Source of the DNA: Eledone cirrhosa
Lineage: Eukaryota
Direction of reading: 5' to 3'
Assembly (NCBI GenBank): GCA_964016885.1
Contig: OZ024743.1
Location: forward strand, 118,854,001 to 118,918,000
DNA: 64,000 nucleotides
The translations under genes and the position numbers were made by a program. A model generated the notes under the pieces. That model saw only the letters and a list, made by a program, of their open reading frames with translations. It did not search any database and was not told where the DNA came from. Positions 57,867 through 64,000 of the stretch are shown here, piece by piece. Within the stretch, counting starts at the first letter, position 1. Every line of letters starts with the position of its first letter.

Positions 57867-58160
57867 ATGAGAGGGGGTGGGGGGTGTATGTGTGTAAAAA
57901 AGTCCTGAATACAAATTCTATTCAATTTGATTCAAGAGCATTGCCTCTGTGGATTGGTAATAATGAAAGCTCTTAGGACGGAGAACAAAAACATTAATTT
58001 ATTTAGGGTGTAAGAGGAACAAAGCGAAGGTCAAAGTTTCATGTTCTGAGCCTTTGACTCTTCATGAAACGACAGATTGGTTGTATGGTGTTTATGAGCA
58101 CATTTGGATTTAGTCAACTGTCTGCCTTAAATACATTTTATTTTTATTTTCTCCAGAGAA

Positions 58161-58241
<81 letters not shown>

Positions 58242-59692
58242 TACTCATTATTGTACTTAACTCAGTGGCCTCTGGCCATGTTGAGATATCTAGTTTAAGT
58301 GATTTCATCGATCATATCAAGCCAAGAAGGTATTGTTATAATCTGGTCATTATTTCGTCAATATTTATTTGTCGTCGACTTGCTATATTACAAGATATTA
58401 ACACTGAGTGTTAAACGCTCTAGACGGAAATCCAAACTAGCACACACACACACATGCATATAAGCATGTATACAACTGCCTCCCGCACAATTTCGTTTAA
58501 AAACGTCATTCCCGCAGTAACATGTAATTCGAAATCCTGTGATTAAGAAGCTAAGATCTACACAATTGAGATATATCTGCAACTATACACACCAAACAGA
58601 AATCATCATGCTTTTTCTCATCATCGTCATCATCATTATTATCATTTAACCTCCATTTCACAAATATACAGACACACAGAAAACTGACATGTGTGTGTGT
58701 GTTCACCTGACATTTCACTCTTCACAGAAGGCAAGGTTGGCTGTAACACTATACCTCGTCTTTTAGGAAATCATACAGACACTCCGATATTTAGCCGACT
58801 ATTCTTTGGTATACTATACCGTAATTATTGTGTCAAAATCCATATTTCATTGGTTCAGTTATCATTCGTTCAGTTATTCAGTCTTTATACTACAAGCAGT
58901 GTGAAGCAAATTCTCTCTGATATAGAAGTTAATTTCCTCTTCACTGGGAAATAGTTCCATATTTGTGTTACTATTAGCAGTCAGACATATAGGGCATTAT
59001 TGCTTTCTTCATATCTATCTGTTTATTCTCAAAGAGAATATATCTTGCTGAGGGAATATAATAACATCGAAAAATGTCTGTTTCCTTCACCAAGTGTCTT
59101 ACAGATAAGGTCCACTTCAACTGCATTGTCTTAAATAGTTCAGAAACATTGGATAATAGTTTTATGAGTTATCTCCCTTGATTTCAACCCATGATCTGAA
59201 CATCCAATAAAAATGTTTCAATCATGAAACTGAGTGCGTGAGGGAGAGAGAGAAAAGTGAGTGAGAGAAAGAGAAACAGAGATGTTGGACCGACATCTTT
59301 AATCATAGGTCTGTCAACGATATCTTTTTTACGCATTCTATAACAGAAAAAATGATTAAGTAATTTAAATAATATTATCTGACAGAAAGAAACTTACATA
59401 GAATTATATTACCTCCTAACGTAATATTGGTGGCGTATGGCGTGGGGCCCAAAAAACAAAGTGAACAGACTGACAGCTTTTCCCATAGTTTCAATCTTCC
59501 CGCCAACTGAAAATCTACGTCTCTCATAAAACTCGCTCGTCACACACACATACGGAAATAGTATACGTGTGTGTTTTTCTGCGTATTAGGCACAAGAACA
59601 CACACATATATATATAAGTATTGAAATTTCCGTTGAAAACAGAAAAGGTCATAGAAGTGAAGAGTGCTCTATGTAAGTATCAGAGCAAAATT

Positions 59693-59754
59693 TAATGTAT
59701 AAAAATCAATACAATATAATGAGGTAATTATATTGTATTGATTTTTATACATTA
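59693..59754. repeat. perfect 28-bp hairpin, 6-nt loop
   Basis: taatgtataaaaatcaatacaatataat-gaggta-attatattgtattgatttttatacatta, followed by (TA)n. Confidence 0.92.
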
Positions 59755-59857
59755 TATATATATATATATATATATATATTTAAAGAGAAGAGGTAAATAT
59801 TTTATTTGTGAATTTCATTTGTTTTTCTGTATTATGAAAAAGAAAACTGTATCTCAC

Positions 59858-59962
59858 CTTGAATATTTCCGTTGTAACCAGTAGGAGCAACTTGGACTAA
59901 TGGGGATACTCCAACAGGTGAACTGGAATAGATTTGACTCGAGCTGTAGGTGGTTGTTGGAG
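59858..59962 (-). CDS. Pax2/5/8: Pax2/5/8-like gene, third-last coding exon (105 bp, phase 1-1): xPTTTYSSSQIYSSSPVGVSPLVQVAPTGYNGNIQ
   Basis: Minus strand: ctaat branch-like motif + ttggttttctttctgcttgattttttag acceptor, an open S/T/P/Y-rich frame, and donor CAAG|gtgaga. Its terminal G joins CA of the 87-bp exon to give Ala and keeps the frame. Confidence 0.75.
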
Positions 59963-62099
59963 CTAAAAAATCAAGCAGAAAGAAAACCAATTAGTTTGAT
60001 AACAAATAATTAATTCCATATTTATTAGCAATTTCAGTTATTTTTCAATTCTATAATAGGAATGAGGTTGAAATGTTCTTGCAATATTCAGGAAAACATG
60101 AAATAAAGATTAAACATTTTATAAATATCAGATTTTCCGGGTAAGTCTAGTTGCTGATATAGAAAATATACGATGAGGTTTAGGGGAGAGAATGTAGAGT
60201 CTAGTGAATAAGGAGATCTACATAAAAAAAATTAGAATCATACTCATATATTGGCTAAAATAGAGGCAATACAAAAGACTCTGCATCATCGCGTGACCTG
60301 TCAGTAATAGTAGTGAAATCATGCCCGAACCATACCCTATCCTTATAAACAAGTTTTCGATTGATAATATATTTCTAAATCCATCGTCGTTAAAATATTT
60401 AAGACAAAACACATCGCACTCGCAAATAAAAATTTAGATAAATAACATAGTTGATTATTTTTTTGAAAATGAGACTTAAAGACGCTTCTGTGGCTCACAA
60501 AAGTGACATTCCGGGGATTTCAGTTTACCACTGTTTTAGTTTATATCTTGGTAACTTAAAATCGCCTACAGATTACCAAGAATAAAGAAAGAACCTATTT
60601 CAAAATACCTTGAAGATAATTATGATTTTAGGTATATCCTCTGAAACCTTTCTGATATCCCAATATTATTTATTTATTCATTTGTTTTCTATGTAATTAT
60701 TGCTGTAAATTTATTGTATGTGAGTGCATTAGGTTTAAAGTGCATCAGATCGTACATTAAAATACCTTATCATTTCTAGCACTGACCTTGAAATACATAA
60801 ATATGTTGCTTGCATTTGTAATTATATTTTCTAAATGAATTGAAAATATAAACAGCAGTATATTAATTTTCAGAAGGTTAATGCTTACAAATAATATATT
60901 TCTACACATTAAACGCAAACTAAATGTACGACAAATGTAAACGAAATATGTCTATGTACAAAATGAAGAGTATTGTAATTGCAAACCCCAAACCCCAAAC
61001 GAGTCTCTTGATGTTTAAAACCTAAACAATCCAAGATTTTGTAAAAGAATAAACAAATGTTAGAAATAGGGACTGCTTACGTCTCACATTTTTGTGAGAT
61101 TTAATTTTATTTTTTACATTTCGAGATTTCACATTTTATTTTTTAAATTTTGAGATTCGTTTGCCGTCTTTTATGTTTCAGGTGTTTTATACAATACATT
61201 TATCAAAAGTGGTAAGCATTAGAATAAAATCATTAGTTAAATCAACGTGTTTGTGAGTGTGTATGTGCGCGTGTGTGGGTTATATGAACTGCGCAGAAGC
61301 ATTTTCAAATAATGTTCAAGTTACCCCGAGAATAATATTAAAGCGATTTTAGACCACCGGGATCTAACTTTAAATGGTGAAGGGCTTTAAGTCTTTACAC
61401 CAGTATAGTTATATATAATCAAGTGTCTCATGAAAGTCTCAGTTTAGCGATGCTTTGTTTTCTAACTTGTCTAAACAACGATTTCTTTATTGACTGACTG
61501 GTAGACGGGATGGCTATCTGGATGCCAATCATGTATGTTTGTATATCGCTGTGTTTGTCCATCTCTGTGGCATGTGTAGAATTGGACATAACATTTCTTC
61601 AGTTTTTTTTTTTCTTTAGCCTGTGTTGTTTTGATGTTTTTATTGTTGAATATGATGATTCTAATATGTTATTCAAATAATTCCCAAGGGATCTGCCGGT
61701 GGGAACGTCAGAGCTCACCTTTGGGAGGAATTACCTCTCACTTTCACTCTTCCTCTGTCTCATTCCCTCTCCGCTTCCTGTATCACATACTCTCATTCCC
61801 TACTAGATCTGTGAAATGAATAATTGTTGGCGTCATTATCTTCACCTCCAGCATATCTTTAACTGTTTCTACAGCAATCAAGATATTTGACAGAAATAAA
61901 ATATGTGACAGAGAAGAATTGAGAGCATACTAACGATGTGTATGTCGCTAAAGACTTAAATTATAAACAAAAAGAAGAAAAAATTAAGAGAAAATATATT
62001 GAAGCATGAGAATGATGAGAGGCTACCGACCATTAGGTGAGAGGGCTGGAGAGAGTGAGAATGGTATATGATGATGATAATAATAATAATAATAATAAT

Positions 62100-62427
62100 A
62101 ATGCGTTCTGACTTAGGCACAAGGCCAGGAAGAATTTCTGGAGAAGGGGAAAGTCGATTAATTCTACCCCAGTACGTTACTGGTACTTCATGTTATCGAT
62201 CCCATAAGGATGAAAGTCAAAGCTAACAAAGGCGTGATTAGAACGTAAAGAGACATAACTCCATAATAATTGTTTCTACTTTTGCCACAAGGCCATATTT
62301 TATCGACCCGTAAGGATGAAAGGCAAAGTTAACCTCGGCGGGATTTGAACTCAGATCGTAAAGGGACGTAACTATGCTGGAAAACATGGCGTCCAACTCA
62401 CTACCTATACTGCCAATCCACTACCCT
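62100..62427 (-). mobile_element. tandem pair of main SINE copies
   Basis: Units at ~62100-62262 and ~62265-62427; taactccataataat is repeated either side of the second copy (TSD-like). Confidence 0.85.
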
Positions 62428-63329
62428 TAACTCCATAATAATAAGAGAATAAATGTGCAAAGACACATTGTGTTATACGAGAGGGAGAATTGGCAAAGCG
62501 AAAGAAAGAGGGTTATTGAGAGAAGTTTTGGTAGGGAACAAATAAGAGAACGTAAGAAGTAAGCAGACGAAGGTGACTGAATCAGTCGGAAAAGATAGGA
62601 AACGAGAGAGAAAGAGAGGGGAAAGAGAGAGAGAGTGATGAATGAGTAGCCTTTATAGTTAATGGAGACGGAGAGACAAATAAGTGTAATTATAAATAGA
62701 AATAGTTGTTCGTGGAAGGTTTTGTTTTGTCCTTTCCTGACTGCTAATGATGTTCTTCGAGCAGTCTCGGAAGTATGGTTGAGTCTAGTTGAAAGTAATA
62801 TGATAAACAAATATAAATATAAAAAAAACGATAAACTGAAAAAAATAAATAAAAGAATGCTAATACTTAATTCCAGTTTACACATTCCAAATATTGTTTG
62901 CTAGAACAAATTTACGTTCAACAATATACAATGTTTAGCAATTGCTTATAGAAACCCATAGCTTTCACTAAAAAAAAAGTAGAAAAGAGAAGAAGAAAAG
63001 AGAAGAAGAAAAGAGAAGAAGAGAAGAGAAGAAGAAAAGAGAGAAATAAAAGAAAAGAATAGAATTTCTCAGAAGAAAACAATAACTTATGAGAGAAAGC
63101 TTGAACTAAAACCATTTCAGTTCACGAGTAGAAATGAGTTTTCAGTTATAAATATCTTGTATAGATCGTATTCATTCACATTTATGTTAAAGGCTTACTA
63201 TGAAACCCCTTAACGGTTGTTTTGACCATGCATATTGACTCGTAGATTCAATGTGTTCTGGTAGTGTATCTTGTTTACACATCAGAGAACATATCTAAAA
63301 GGCTTATCATTTATGTAGGTTCGTTTTTT

Positions 63330-63620
63330 CCAGCTTAGAGTTCCTTACAATCAGGTAAAAATCAATGGCTGCAGAAATAATATATGCAAGGTAAGAATCG
63401 AAGAGGACCGATATTTTGAGGAGCAAGGACCGTGGATAATGTGAGAATATGGGTCTTAGACGCAACATGGCCATCAGGAGGAAGAAAGGCATGTACGTTG
63501 AGTGTGCCTGGGTGGAAGTGCGAAGAGACAAGCCAATTCCGACGAAAAGTGCCCTTTAGAGTAATGGTAGAAAATGCAGAGAGGAAACACACGATGTTTC
63601 TTGGTCAGAAGCAGGAGTAT
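63330..63620 (-). mobile_element. CR1/L2-like LINE 3' remnant
   Basis: Minus strand reads LCIFYHYSKGHFSSELACLFALPPRHTQRTCLSSS, resembling the FYRY-x-x-G-x-CSSEL C-terminal motif of such LINE ORF2 proteins. Confidence 0.6.
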
Positions 63621-64000
63621 TCTTGTAAATGAATTCTTGACTCTATAAAATCAAATATACACGTGTATGGCAAATACTTCTTATGCCTAGCACTAAGCAA
63701 TGTCTGATGATGTCTAATAAGACCAAAGCAGGCCTGGTATAGTTACCATACACCCTAAAGTTCTTCCTATTTTTAATTAATTTAAGTTCTGGGGATTTCA
63801 CCCCTGGTGTTCTTGATCGGATTCATTAAGATAATTGACTCTCCCCACTATATGCATAATTCTAGTTAATAAAAATTTGTTGAGTCGCTACATTAATTAT
63901 GATAGCGGCTACTTTACTAAATATGTTTCATGCAGCAGCGTACTTGGTTATTTCCCTACACAACCACAATATCATTCTGCTAAATTTTCAATAGATTTAT

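Noticed and set aside
59412-59506. Possible extra minus-strand exon ending ...GPTPYATNITLG G|gtaata
   Set aside because: Acceptors are weak or phase-incompatible, and the neighbouring exons already join in frame. Needs transcript data.

Overview
AT-rich, microsatellite-laden eukaryotic DNA; the SINE and LINE families resemble those I recall from octopod cephalopods (inference). Almost all ORF-track entries are translations of (TA)n/(CA)n/(GA)n/(GAA)n repeats. The real gene content is three short minus-strand exons (59858-59962, 35953-36039, 34261-34337), none of them in the ORF track. They splice in frame to the C-terminus of a Pax2/5/8-type transcription factor (...YSEPWVRYPINNSPYYYTQP...*); the paired box would lie beyond position 64000. 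A possible alternative last exon starts at 23384. The rest is transposon debris: many tRNA-derived SINEs, RTE, L1/Tx1-like, CRE-like and CR1/L2-like LINE fragments, a mariner 5' fragment and several Penelope-like element (PLE) remnants (RT and GIY-YIG). The most striking non-coding signal is a recurrent class of fold-back (inverted-repeat) elements, mostly next to (TA)n tracts, that carry minimal type I hammerhead ribozyme motifs. Intact cores are at 1175-1217(-), 1563-1605(+) and 36570-36622(-); the last lies on the sense strand of a Pax2/5/8 intron. Family assignments are from recalled motifs, not database searches, and repeat boundaries are approximate.
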